DNA of 64,000 nucleotides from Squalus acanthias. Its lineage: Eukaryota. The position numbers and the translations under genes are program-made. Under the pieces are notes generated by a model. The model was not told where the DNA came from. It made no database searches and saw nothing but the letters and a program-made list of their open reading frames with translations. Positions 21,725 through 32,859 of this stretch are shown one piece after another. The DNA lies in NCBI GenBank assembly GCA_030390025.1, contig CM059431.1, positions 140,742,001-140,806,000 on the forward strand, in the 5' to 3' direction. Within the stretch, counting starts at the first letter, position 1; every line of letters begins with the position of its first letter.

Positions 21725-24700
21725 GGATAAATCGAGCGGGAGGCCCAGAGAGTGTGCAGACTGGAACAGCGAGGAGGCGAAGTACCTCCAGTGAAAACAA
21801 CAGCGTCAAAACAGCTAAAGTGACGTCACAATCAAGGAAGGAGCTGATTGCTGAGTAGCTGGTAGTGTTTCTAGTTAATAATCTATTAAGTAAAGTTATG
21901 GCATGGCAGCTCAGTCCCTTGGAATGCACATCCTGTGCCATATGGGGACTCCAGGGCGCTTCCCGTGTCCTGGACAACCAGATGTGCAGGAAGTGTCGTC
22001 AGCTGGAGGAGCTCGAACTCCGGATTTTGGGCTTGAGCAGCAGTTGCAGTCACTGCGGTGCATCAATGAGGCTGAGAGCTTCGTGAATAGCACGTTTGAG
22101 GAGGTGGTCACCCTGCAGCTAAAGAGTGTGCAGGCAGAAAGGGAATGGGTGATCACCAGACATAAAAGGAGGACCAGGCAGTTAGTGCAGGAGTCCCGAG
22201 TGCATCTCGCTCCCTAACCAGTATTCAGTTCTGAGTATTGGTGAGGGCGACGGTTCCTCTGGGGAGTAAAACCAGAGCCAAGTCCACAGCACCACTGGTG
22301 GCTCAGCTGTGTGGGGGTGGGGGGGGGGGGCAGGAAGAAGAGTGGGAGAGCAATAGTGTTAGGGGATTCGAAAGTTAGGGGAGCAGACAGGCGTTTCTGT
22401 GACCACAGACGTGACTCCAGGATGGTATGTTACCTCCCTGGTGCCAGGGTCAAGGATGTCACTGAGCAGCTGCAGGACATTCTGAAGCGGGAGGGTGAAC
22501 AGCCAAAGGTCGGGGTTTATATTGGTACCAACGACACAGGTAGAAAGAGGGATGAGGTCCTGCAGGCAGATTTCAGGGAACTAGAAAAGAGATTAAAAAG
22601 CAGGACCTTAAAAGGTAGTAATCTCTGGATTACTCCAGGTGCCACGCGCTAGTGAGTATAGAAATAGGAGGATAGCATAGATGAATGCGTGGCTGGTGAG
22701 ATGGTGCAGGAGGGATGGCTTCAGATTCCTGGGTCATTGGGACCCGTTCTGGGGGAGGTGGGACCTGTACAGGCCAGATGGGTTGCACCTCAACAGAGCT
22801 GTACCAATGTCATCGTGGGGAGGTTTGCTAGTGCTGTTGGGGAGGGATTAAACTAATTTGGCAGAGGGATGGGCAGCAGGATGTAACATTAGAAAGGGGA
22901 AATAAAGTGCTCTAAGGATTGGGAGAGGCAGAGAGCACTAAAGTAAGAAATAGTAAGGTATTAAGTGGGGTCAAACTAAGAGAGAATACAGGATGGTCTA
23001 AGATGGGTTTACAGTGTATGCATGTGAACGCACGAAGCATAGTAAACAAGGTAAGTGAGCTACAGGTACAAATAGCCACATGGGAAGATGATGTGGCAAT
23101 AACGGAGACTTGGCTCAAAAAAGGTTGGATTAGGTATTAAATATTCTGGGTTATAAAGTATTCAGGAAAGATAGGAGGTGGTGTGGCAGTATTGGTTTGG
23201 GAGAATGCTACAGTGCTGGAGACAGAGTATGTCCTGGGGGGCTCAAGGACAGAATTTATATGGCTAAAGCTAGAAAATAACAGCGGTGCCATTACACTAC
23301 CAGGTGTATTCTACAGAACACCAATATTGGGAAAGATGTGCATACGAGCAAATTTGCAGAGAAATTACAGAGAGGTGCAAGAACTATAGTGTAGTAATAT
23401 TGGGGGACTTTAAATATCCTAATATAGACTGGGTTCATAATACTGTAGTGTTAATGGCAGAGAAGGGGAAGAATTTCTGAAGTGTGTTAAGGAGAACTTT
23501 CTTGATCAGTATGATTCTGGCCCGACGAGGTAGGAGGCATTACTGGATCTGGTTCTGGGGAATGAGGTACGTCAAAGTGGAACACGTTTCAGTAGGCGAA
23601 CATTTCGGGAACAGTGATCATAGAATCATAAGGTTTGGATTAGTTATGGAAAAGGACAGAGAGCAATCTAGAGTTAAATACTTAATTGGTGGAAGGCCAC
23701 TTTCAGTGGAATGAGAACGGATCTGGCCCGGGTAAACTGGAATCAAAGATTGGCAGGCAAAACTGTAATGGAACAATGGGCTGCCTTTAAAGAGGAATAG
23801 TTTAGGTACAGTTCAGGTACATTCCCACTAGGGGGAAGGTCAGGTTAACTAAAGTCGAAAGTCTGGGCTCCCTTGATGACGAAAGAGATAGAAAATATGA
23901 TGAAGCAGAAAAAGAGCGCGTATGACAGATGTCAAGTTGCAACTACATCTTAGAATCAGGCTCTATATAGAAAGGTCAGAGGAGAAGTGAAAAAAATGAG
24001 GGTATGAGAATAGAATGGCAGCCAACATAAAAGGTAATCCAAAAGTCTTCTGCAGGCATATAAATAGTAAAAGGGTAGTAAGAGGAGGGGTGGGGCCGAT
24101 TACATAGATACATAGATACATAGAACAGTACAGCACAGTACAGGCCCTTCGGCCCTCGATGTTGTGCCGAGCATTGTCCGAGACCAAGATCAAGCTATCA
24201 CACTCCCTATCACTCTGGGACCCAAAAGGAGACATATGCATGAAGGCAGAGGGTATGGCTGAGGTACTGAATGAGTACTTTGCATCTGTCTTCACCAAGG
24301 AAGAGGGTGCTGCTGCAGACATAGTGAAGGAGGAGGAAGTGGAGATACTGGATAAAATAAAAGTTGATTAAAAAGAGGAATTAGAAAGGCTGGCTGTACT
24401 AGATAAATCAGAGAGCGTATGGGATGCACCCTAGGATGCTAAGGGAATTGGGGGCGGAAATTGCAGAGATACTGGCCATAATATTCCAATCCTCCTTAGA
24501 TACGGGGGTAGTGCCAGAGAACTGAATAATTGCAAATGTTACGCCATTGTTCAAAAAAGGGTATAAAGACAAAGCCAGCAACTACAGGCCAGTCAGTTTG
24601 AACTCAGTAGTGGGGAAGCTTTTAGAAACAGCAATCAGGGACAAATTTAACAGTCTCTTGGATAGGTGTGGGTTAATTAAGGAAAGCCAGCACAGATGTA

Positions 24701-25900
24701 TTTAAGGCAAATCGTGGTTAACTAACCTGATTGAGTTTTCTAATGAGGTAAAAGAGAGGGTTGATGAGGGTAATGCGGTTGGTGCAGTGTACATGGATTT
24801 CCAAAAGGCGTACAACAAATTGCCACAAAATAGGCTTGCCATCAAAGTGGAAGTCCATAGTATAGAAGGGACGGTGGCAGCTTGGATACGGAATTGGCTA
24901 AGTGACAGAAAACAGAGTAGTGGTGAACGGTTGTTTTTCAGACTGGAGGAACGTATAATGGTGTTCACTTCGGGTCAGTTCTAGTACCACTGCTTTTCTT
25001 GATATATATTCATGACTTTGACGTGGGTGTACAGCGCACAATTTCAAAATTTGCAGATGAAACAAAACTTGGAGTATAGTGAACAGTGAGGAGTGTTATA
25101 GACTTCAGGAAGACACAGAAAGGCTAGTGATATGGGCGGACACGTGGCAGATGAAATTTAACGCAGAAAGTGTGAAGTGATACATTTTGGTTGAAAGATT
25201 GAGGAGAGGGAATATAAACTAAAGGGTACAATCCTGAAGTGGGTGCATGAGCAGAGAGACCTGGGGGTATGTGTGCACACATCCTGGGCTTCAGAAGTAG
25301 AGGTATAGAGTACAAAAACGTGGAAATTATGATGAACCTGTATAAAACACTGGTTCAGCCGCAACTGGAGTACTGTGTTCAATTTTGGGCGCCAGTGTAG
25401 GAAGGATGTGAAGGCCTCAGAGAAACTGCAGAAAAGATTTATGAGAGTGATTCCAGGAATGAGGGACTTCAGTTAAATTGATAGACTGGGGAAGCTGGGG
25501 TTGTTCTCCTTGGAGCAGAGAAGATTGAGAGGAGATTTGATAGAGGTGCTAAAAATCATGATGGGCCTGGACTGAGTAGATAGAAGGAAACTGTTCCTAT
25601 TGGCAGAATGGTCGAGAACCAGAGGACACAGATTTAATGTGATTGGCAAAAGAACCAAAAGCGACATAAGAAAAAACTTTTTTTACGCAGCGAGTGGTTA
25701 AGATCTGGAATGCACTGCCTGAATGGGTGGTGGAGGCAGACTCAAAGACGGCTTTTAAAAACAGAGTTGGATAAGTAGCTGAAGGAAATAATTTTGCAGG
25801 GCTACGGGGAAAGGGCGGGGGAGTGAGACTAGCTGAGATGCTCTTGGTGTGAGCCGGCACGGGCTCGAATGGCCGCCTTCCGTGCTGTAACCATTCTATG
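21725..25900 (+). mobile_element. Near full-length CR1 LINE of a second, older family (ORF1 zinc finger/esterase plus heavily disrupted ORF2)
   Basis: CTSCAIW..CRKC at ~21925-21995, IVLGDS, IGTND, DGLHL, HVNARSI, ITETWL, NSDH, YMDFQKAY, and a 3' tail ending ~25900. Confidence 0.9.
24103..24216 (-). mobile_element. Short CR1-type 3' tail inserted in antisense into the CR1 ORF2
   Basis: (catagata)n tail followed by cagcacagtacaggcccttcggccc. Removing it restores gggccgatta|gggacccaaaagga (GPIRDPKG). Confidence 0.8.
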
Positions 25901-27162
25901 ATTTACAAGGCAAAAGTCATGAGTGTGATGAAATACTTTCCACTTGCCTGGATGACTGCAGCTCCAACAACAGTCCAGAAGCTCAACACCATCCAAGACA
26001 AAGCAGCCCGCTTGATTGGCATCCCATCCATCACCTTAAACAATCACTCCCTCCACCCCCGGCGTACCGTGGCTGCAGTGTGTACCATCTACAAGATGCA
26101 ATGCAACAACTCACCAAGGCTTCTTCAGCAGCACCTCCCAAACCCACAACCTCCAAATTCCCCTGCAAGTCACACACCAACCTGACTTGGAAATATATCG
26201 GCCGTTCCGTCATTGTCGCTGGTTTAAAATCCTGGAACTCCCTTCCTATCAGCACTGTGGGAAAACCTTCACCACACGGACTGCAGTGGTTCAAGAAGGC
26301 GGCTCACCACCACCTTCTCAAGGGCAATGAGAGATGGGCAATAAATGCTGGCCTTGCCAGCGACAACCACATCCCAGGAACCAATAAGAAATTATCGTTT
26401 CCCTTGTAAATATCGTGGCAAGGTAATTATTTTATATTTCTGCCATTTCACTGTCATTACCAGTAAGTTCATCGTGTGCATCCCTTAGTGTCCCAATCCC
26501 TATCCTGATTTTTCTTTTCGTTATTGATGTGTCTGAACTAAACTTTTACTCATTCTTTTTATATTCCTTGATAATTGAATGTTGTAGTTTCTCTCTGCAC
26601 TCGTTTTTTGACTGCTTTTGTATTGCCTTCCTTCATCTTCTACTTTTTTGTACATGCATTTTACTTCAGGTTCAATTTTGCCCTTATTTCTTCATTAACA
26701 TGTGATTTGTCATTATTTCACTCAGCGCAATGTTAGAGCAGAAAACATTCACAGTTCATTTTAACTGTTCTACCAATGATTATACTGCGTTGTTCCATTT
26801 CGGTCTTTGTTTCCTGTAATGCAGGTTTGGGAAATTACAAATGTGTTTCCATCAGTAATTACATTGGGTCTAAGAAGACTCCTGAATTAAAGGAGTATTC
26901 TTTAGTAGAATACGGTACTCTCTTTCACTACCATTCGGAAGATAACCAATAACTTCCTTGTCACCCTGAACATTGTCTTTTCCTCACATCTGTCCATGGA
27001 TTAATGTTCTCTTGTGTGAACATCTGTACATCATCTCAGATCGAACACTTTCTAACGTCTCCTTCTGTATTTCAACATTTCAATGTTTCGCATTTCTCCA
27101 CCTTTTACCCTGTAGTTTATGGTGGGACAGATTTCTATGGGCACAGGGAATCGTTAACATGT

Positions 27163-27622
27163 AGAAAGAAAGACAGCCTTGTATTTATATACCGCCTTTC
27201 ACGACCACCGTCTCAAAGCATTTTACAACCAATTAAATACTTTTGGAGTGGAGTCCCTGTCGTAATGTGGGAAACACGGCAGCCAAATTGCACACAGAAA
27301 GCTCCCACAAACAGCAAGTTGATAAAGACCAGATAATCTGTTTTTGTTAAGTTGGTTGAGGGATAGATATGTGCCAGGACGCCGGGGATAACTCCCCTAC
27401 TCTTCTTCGAAATAATGTCATGGGCTCTTTTACATCCACCCGAGAGAGCAGACGGTTTAACGTCTCATTAGAAAGAAGGCAACTCCGACAGTGCAGCATC
27501 CCTTAGTGCTGCACTGGAATGTCAGCCCAACTTTTTGTGCTCAAGTCCCTCGAGTGGGACTATGAACCCATAACCTTCTGACTCAGAGGCGAGTGTGCTA
27601 CTGACTGAGCCACAGCTGACAT
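27163..27622 (-). mobile_element. tRNA-derived SINE with Deu-domain-like core and L2-type tail (SacSINE1/DeuSINE-like)
   Basis: The minus strand starts gtcagctgTGGCTCAGTCAGtagc (A box) and GGTTCATAGTCC (B-box-like), has a central tgagacgttaaaccg core, and ends gaaaggcggtatataaatacaagg..tctttctttc. Confidence 0.8.
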
Positions 27623-27750
27623 GGCGCAATGCACTGCTCTTTACTGGTCAGCCGAGAGCATCTGTGCAGCACATAGGAGGTTTGTAATGAGATTCACACG
27701 GTGTCGCAAAAGAGCCAAGTATGCCTGAGACAAGTTATTACATCAATAAT

Positions 27751-28672
27751 CTGCCAGGTGTGTTTGCGACTTCACTGCGTACCAGACTCCTACCAGGTGT
27801 GTATGGGGTTTCACAGTGTATCAGGATCCTGCCAGGTGTATATGGGGTTTCACAGTGTATCAGGATCCTGCCAGGTGTATATGGGGTTTCACAGTGTATC
27901 CGGATCCTGCCAGGTGTGTATGGGTTTTCAAAGTGGATCAGGATCCTGCCAGGTGTGTATGGGGTTTCACAGTGTATCAGGATCCTGCCAGGTGTGTATG
28001 GGGTTTCACAGTGTATCAGGATCCTGCCAGGTGTGTATGGGGTGTCAAAGTGTATCAGGATCCTGCCAGGTGTGTTTGCGACTTCACTGCGTACCAGACT
28101 CCTACCAGGTGTGTATGGGGTTTCACAGTGTATCAGGATCCTGCCAGGTGTATATGGGGTTTCACAGTGTATCAGGATCCTGCCAGGTGTATATGGGGTT
28201 TCACAGTGTATCCGGATCCTGCCAGGTGTGTATGGGTTTTCAAAGTGGATCAGGATCCTGCCAGGTGTGTATGGGGTTTCACAGTGTATCAGGATCCTGC
28301 CAGGTGTGTATGGGGTTTCACAATGTATCAGGATCCTGCCAGGTGTGTATGGGGTGTCAAAGTGTATCAGGATCCTGCCAGGTGTGCATGGGGTTTCACA
28401 GTGTATCAGGATCCTGCCAGGTGTGTATGGGGTTTCACAGTGTATCAGGATCCTGCCAGGTGTGTGTGGGGTTTCACAGTGTATCAGGATCCTGCCAGGT
28501 GTGTATGGCGTTTCACAGTGTATCAGGATCCTGCCAGGTGTGTGTGGGGTTTCACAGTGTATCAGCATCCTGCCAGGTGTGTATGGGGTTTCACAGTGTA
28601 TCAGGATCCTGCCAGGTTTGTATGGCGTTTCAAAGTGTACCAGGATCCTGCCAGGTGTGTATGGGGTTCACA
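27751..28672. repeat. 39-bp minisatellite, about 23-24 copies
   Basis: Unit ctgccaggtgtgtatggggtttcacagtgtatcaggatc, seen as 13-aa periodicity in the overlapping ORFs. Confidence 0.97.
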
Positions 28673-28934
28673 ACTGATCGCAATGTGCACCTGGATTAAC
28701 TGGAGTAATAAAAATTTGCAAATTTACAAATAATTCAGTAATATGAGCGAAAAGTAGCTGCAATTTACGCCGAGGACTTGTAGGTTGAATATCCAAATAA
28801 ACCTTTTTTCTGCTTCCGCACATTTGAACTTCTGATTCCCAGATTCTAACAATCTCTAACCAAACGGCTACAGTCAAACATTCTGATTCTCAGAAGTGAA
28901 GCAAACAGTTTGAAATCTCCATGTTATCACTTAC

Positions 28935-29000
28935 CTTGCAGGTGCCTGGGTACTTCGGATAAACCTCGTGCGATTTTCACGTGAACAAATATATCAGGAC
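28935..29000 (-). CDS. NLR gene, 66-bp linker exon (phase 1-1)
   Basis: Acceptor ttgatttaaacag| at 29002-29001 and donor CAAG|gtaagt at 28934-28933. Translates (G)PDIFVHVKIARGLSEVPRHLQ(D) and joins the NACHT exon in frame. Confidence 0.82.
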
Positions 29001-29103
29001 CTGTTTAAATCAATTAACTTGCATGAAATCAGATCTGTGTAATATAATAAAATCTGTATTGTTTGTATCTGAAATTGAATTCAATTTTTTGATTTTACCG
29101 TAC

Positions 29104-29275
29104 CGTGTTCCTGTATTTCTTTCAGTATTTTGTCCAACTTTGGCACCCCATGACGCATTTTCACAAAGGATTCCCACATCACCCTTCGGGCCCTAGAGCC
29201 TGTCTCCATCACCAGATTTAGGAGAAGTTTGGAACTGTCCGCCCGGTTTCCCTTCTCCACGAGCTCAGTGAATTT
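29104..29275 (-). CDS. NLR gene, second half of the CARD-like N-terminal domain (172 bp, phase 0-1)
   Basis: Acceptor atttattcttcacag| at 29277-29276 and donor |gtacgg at 29103-29102. Translates KFTELVEKGNRADSSKLLLNLVMETGSRARRVMWESFVKMRHGVPKLDKILKEIQEH(G). Confidence 0.85.
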
Positions 29276-29430
29276 CTGTGAAGAATAAATATGAATATAT
29301 TGAAGAGCGGAGTGAAAGACAACACTGAGAATGAGAAGAAAAGGATCTGCTCAGTGATGGCATATCCCAGTTGTTTTGAGCACAGAAAAGTCACTGGGCC
29401 GGGTACTGATCCATTCTGAACATGACCTGA

Positions 29431-29955
29431 ATAAAGTCATAGGGTACAGAAGGAGGCCATTCGGCCCATCGAGTCCATGCCGGCTCTCTGTAGAGCAATC
29501 CAGTCAGTCCCATTCCCCTGCTCTATCTCCGTAGCCCTGCAAGTTTATTTCCCTCAAGTGCCTATCCAGTTTCCCTTTGAAAACATTGAGTGTCTCCGCT
29601 TCCACCACTTCCGTCGGCAGCGAGTTCCAGGTCCTCACCTCTCGCTGCATAAAAAAAGTTTCTCCACACATCCCCCCTGTATCTCTTGCACAAAACCTTA
29701 AATCTGTCCCGCTAGTCTTGTACCATCAAGCAGTGGGAACAGCCTTTCCCATCTAGCCTATCCAAAGCCGTCATAATCTTGTACACCTCGATCACATTTC
29801 CCCTCAACCTCCTTTGCTCTAATTAAAACAAATCCAGCTTCTCCAACCTGTCCTTGCAGCTAAGATCAACCATCCCTGGAACCATTCTGGTGAATCTCCT
29901 CTGCACCCTCTCAAGGGCCTTCACATCCTTCCTAAAGTGTGATGGACAGAACTGA
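29431..29955 (-). mobile_element. CR1 LINE 3' fragment
   Basis: ORF 29823-30038 contains QFCPSHFRKDVKALERVQRRFTRMVPGM. The tail gggccgaatggcctccttctgtac is on the minus strand. Confidence 0.85.
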
Positions 29956-30032
29956 AATATTCTGCAAACGTCTTGATTTAAGGCGTTAATGGGAAATAAA
30001 TGTGATGGAACTAAAGCAAAAGGAAGAGATAT

Positions 30033-30132
30033 TAACAAAAAATGCTTGACATTCTCAGCAGGTCAGGCAGCAACTGTGGAGAGAGAAAGAGTTAACATTT
30101 CAGGTCGATGTCCTTTCGTCAGCAACTGAAGG
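30033..30132 (-). ncRNA. Short Penelope-derived repeat carrying a minimal hammerhead ribozyme motif with intact core boxes
   Basis: The minus strand reads cagttg-CTGACGA-a-aggac-atc-gacct-GAAA-tgtta-actct. CTGACGA is at 30122-30116 and GAAA at 30101-30098. Stem II has one mismatch. Confidence 0.65.
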
Positions 30133-30184
30133 CTCGACCAACACTGGTGAAACCGGGGTAGTGGTGGGTTGTACAAGTGGCCAG

Positions 30185-30760
30185 AGTTTAAGTTACAGAT
30201 AAATCTAGAGTTGCGGGACTGCTGTAGGCTGCAGGAGGTTACAGAAATAGGGAAGAGCGAGGCTATGAGCGGATTTGAACTGGAGGATGGGAATTTTAAA
30301 TTGGAGGCATTCGAGGGCCAGTAGTAACAATAGGTGAGCGAGAACACGAGCGAAAGCGGAGTGGGCCCTGGGCGGCACAGGGTGCATGCAGTAGAGTTTG
30401 GGATGAGCTGAAGTTTATGGTGGGTGGGGGAAGGGAGGCCGGCCAAGGGAGCATTGGAATAATCGAGTCTAAAGGGGACAAAGGCACGAATGAGGGCTTC
30501 AGCAGCAGATGGGCTGAGATGGGAGTGGAGACGGGTAATGTTATGGAGATGAAAGTCTGTTGTATTTGTCATGGAGAGTATATAGAGTTCAACGCTCAGC
30601 TCGAGAGCATATACAACGCCGAGTTTGAGAACTGTCAGGTTCAGCCTCAGAGAGTGGCCGGGAGGGGGATGAAATTAAGTGACGAGACGGTGTTTGTGGT
30701 GAGGGTGGAATACAATGCTTCAATCTTCCCAATGTTTAACTGGAGGGAAAAACGAATGAA
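30185..30760 (-). mobile_element. L2 LINE, decayed ORF2 3' fragment
   Basis: ORF 30063-30572: FHLHNITRLHSHLSPSAAEALIRAFVPFRLDYSNAPLAGLP..KLQLIPN. Confidence 0.85.
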
Positions 30761-31133
30761 AGAAATGGCAGGATTAAAAATATTCTAAACAGTAAAAAAT
30801 TAAAAGAATATGCAACTCTCAATATTTCCCGCACAGACTCGCTCTCCGTAACCAACATGAAGTATAAATCCATTCATTACAGTTAGCGGACAGGAAATTA
30901 CTGACTGAATGAGCTCGAATCCCTGATCTTTTGCCCTGGCGAGTGAAGTTCCACACCAAGATCTCAGGCGCAGAACATTTAACTCTATTATGCACGAGGT
31001 GGTTAGAAAGCATAATTCACTCACATAACTATTGTGGAAGTAAGTCGACAATTTTTATACTGGATAATTCTATTATTGCACTGATAAAAGGAAAGATACA
31101 GAATGGGGAATTAACAGAAGATTAGGACGAGTC

Positions 31134-32310
31134 TAGGCGGGATATTAATGGTAATGGGTAGTGAACACGAGGTGGGGATTTGACTAGGTGGGATATTAAC
31201 AGTAATGGGCAGTGAGCAGGAGGTTAGGATTAGACTAGGTGAGATATTAACGGTAATGGGTAGTGAGCAGAAGTTTGGGTTTAGACTAGGTGGGATATTA
31301 ACGGTAATGGGCAGTGAGCAGGAGGTTGGGATTAGACTAGGTGGGATATTAACGGTAATGGGCAGTGAGCAGGAGGTTGGGATTAGACGAGGTGGGATAT
31401 TAACGGTAATGGGTAGTGAGCAGGAGGTTGGGATTAGACTAGGTAGGATATTAACGGTAATGGGTAGTGAGCAGGAGGTTGGGATTAGACTAGGTGGGAT
31501 ATTAACGGAAATGGGTAGTGAGCAGGAGGTTGGGATTAGACTAGGTGGGATATTAACAGTAATGGGTAGTGAGCAGGAGGTTGGGATTAGACTAGGTGGG
31601 ATATTAACAGTAATGGGCAGTCAGCAGGAGGTCAGGATTAGTCTAGGTGGGATATTAACAGTAATGGGCAGTGAGCAGGAGGTTGTGATTAGACTAGGTG
31701 GGATATTAACGGTAATGGGCAGTGAGCAGGAGGTTGGGATTAGTCTAGGTGGGATATTAACGGTAATGGGCAGTGAGCAGGAGGTTGGGATTAGAATAGG
31801 TGGGATATTAACGGTAATGGGCAGTGAGCAGGAGGTTGAGATTAGAGTAGGTGGGATATTAACAGTAATGGGCAGTGAGCAGGAGGTTGGGATTAGACTA
31901 GGTGGGATATTAACAGTAATGGGCAGTGAGCAGGATGTTGGAATTAGAATAGGTGGGATATTAATGGTAATGGGCAGTGAGCAGGAGGTTGAGATTAGAG
32001 TAGGTGGGATATTAACGGTAATGGCCAGTGAGCAGGAGGTTGAGATTAGAGTAGGTGGGATATTAACGGTAATGGGCAGTGAGCAGGAGGTTGGGATTAG
32101 AGTAGGTGGGATATTAACGGTAATGGGCAGTGAGCAGGAGGTTGGGATTAGAGTAGGTGGGATATTAACGGTAATGGGCAGTGAGCAGGAGGTTGGGAAT
32201 AGACTAGGTGGAATATTAACGGTAATGGGTAGTGAGCAGGAGGTTGGGGTTAATCTAGGTGTGATATTAACAGTAATGGGCAGTGAACAGGAGGTTGGGA
32301 TTAGACTGGG
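31134..32310. repeat. 51-bp minisatellite, about 23 copies
   Basis: Unit ggtgggatattaacggtaatgggcagtgagcaggaggttgggattagacta, seen as 17-aa periodicity in ORFs 31205-32404 and 31621-32319. Confidence 0.97.
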
Positions 32311-32859
32311 TTGCCTCAATTTTCAACATTTAACGGCTGGTAGCAGATCGTCCGTCCATTATGCAACCGTCGATTATCATTTCCATTTAATTCTTTCCCA
32401 TTAAAAGGCAACTGACAGAAAATTACAGGCTGCTTGAATGTAATTTGCTAAAGTGCTGTCCCAGGGAGTGACGCTCCACGACAGGTTCTCTCGCCCTTAT
32501 TGCGCCTCTGCCGAAGTTGGAATTGTCCCACTGTGAAGTATGGGGGAGAAAATAAAGCCTACACGGCATCGGTCTTTCAATCCTCACAGTTTTCGGGTTA
32601 GTTTCCCTGTTTGGGTCTCATACAGTTTAATTTATTTTGTTTTTGATCTTCAAATGCCGCTCATATTCTCCTCAAAAATTTTTGTTGTCTCTCAGTTCCT
32701 TAATTTACTTTAAGTAATTCTCCGGTCTGTCAACTCACGACCTTGCCTCTAGCTCCTGCCTGTTGCCTCTGGTCTCTCCATTTCCCATTCCCACTAAAAC
32801 TGTTTCCCTTTATTTTTAGTCCACACAAGAGTTATGCCCGAACCGTTCCCCTTTCCAGG

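Larger units (their letters stand above)
21200..26390 (+). mobile_element. CR1/L2-group LINE RT fragment (21200-~21724 plus ~25901-26390) split by a near full-length CR1
   Basis: Left piece: GVPHGSVIGPTIFSCVINDL..MLADD..WQLTFVPHKCQAM. Right piece resumes IYKAKV..MKYFPLAW..IQDKAARLI and runs to the 3' tail. Confidence 0.82.

Noticed and set aside
27545..27622. tRNA gene
   Set aside because: The A and B boxes belong to a SINE head that continues into the core and LINE-type tail. No convincing cloverleaf is visible.
27751..28672. CACAGTG heptamer in most 39-bp units as an RSS array
   Set aside because: There is no ACAAAAACC-like nonamer at 12 or 23 nt in either direction.
27701..28733. Cys-rich and other repetitive ORFs of 276-332 aa
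   Set aside because: They arise in four frames from a 39-bp unit that lacks stops. The location is intronic, with no unique flanking coding sequence.
31205..32404. 399-aa and 232-aa repetitive ORFs
   Set aside because: They are by-products of a 51-bp minisatellite, with no domain or splice support.
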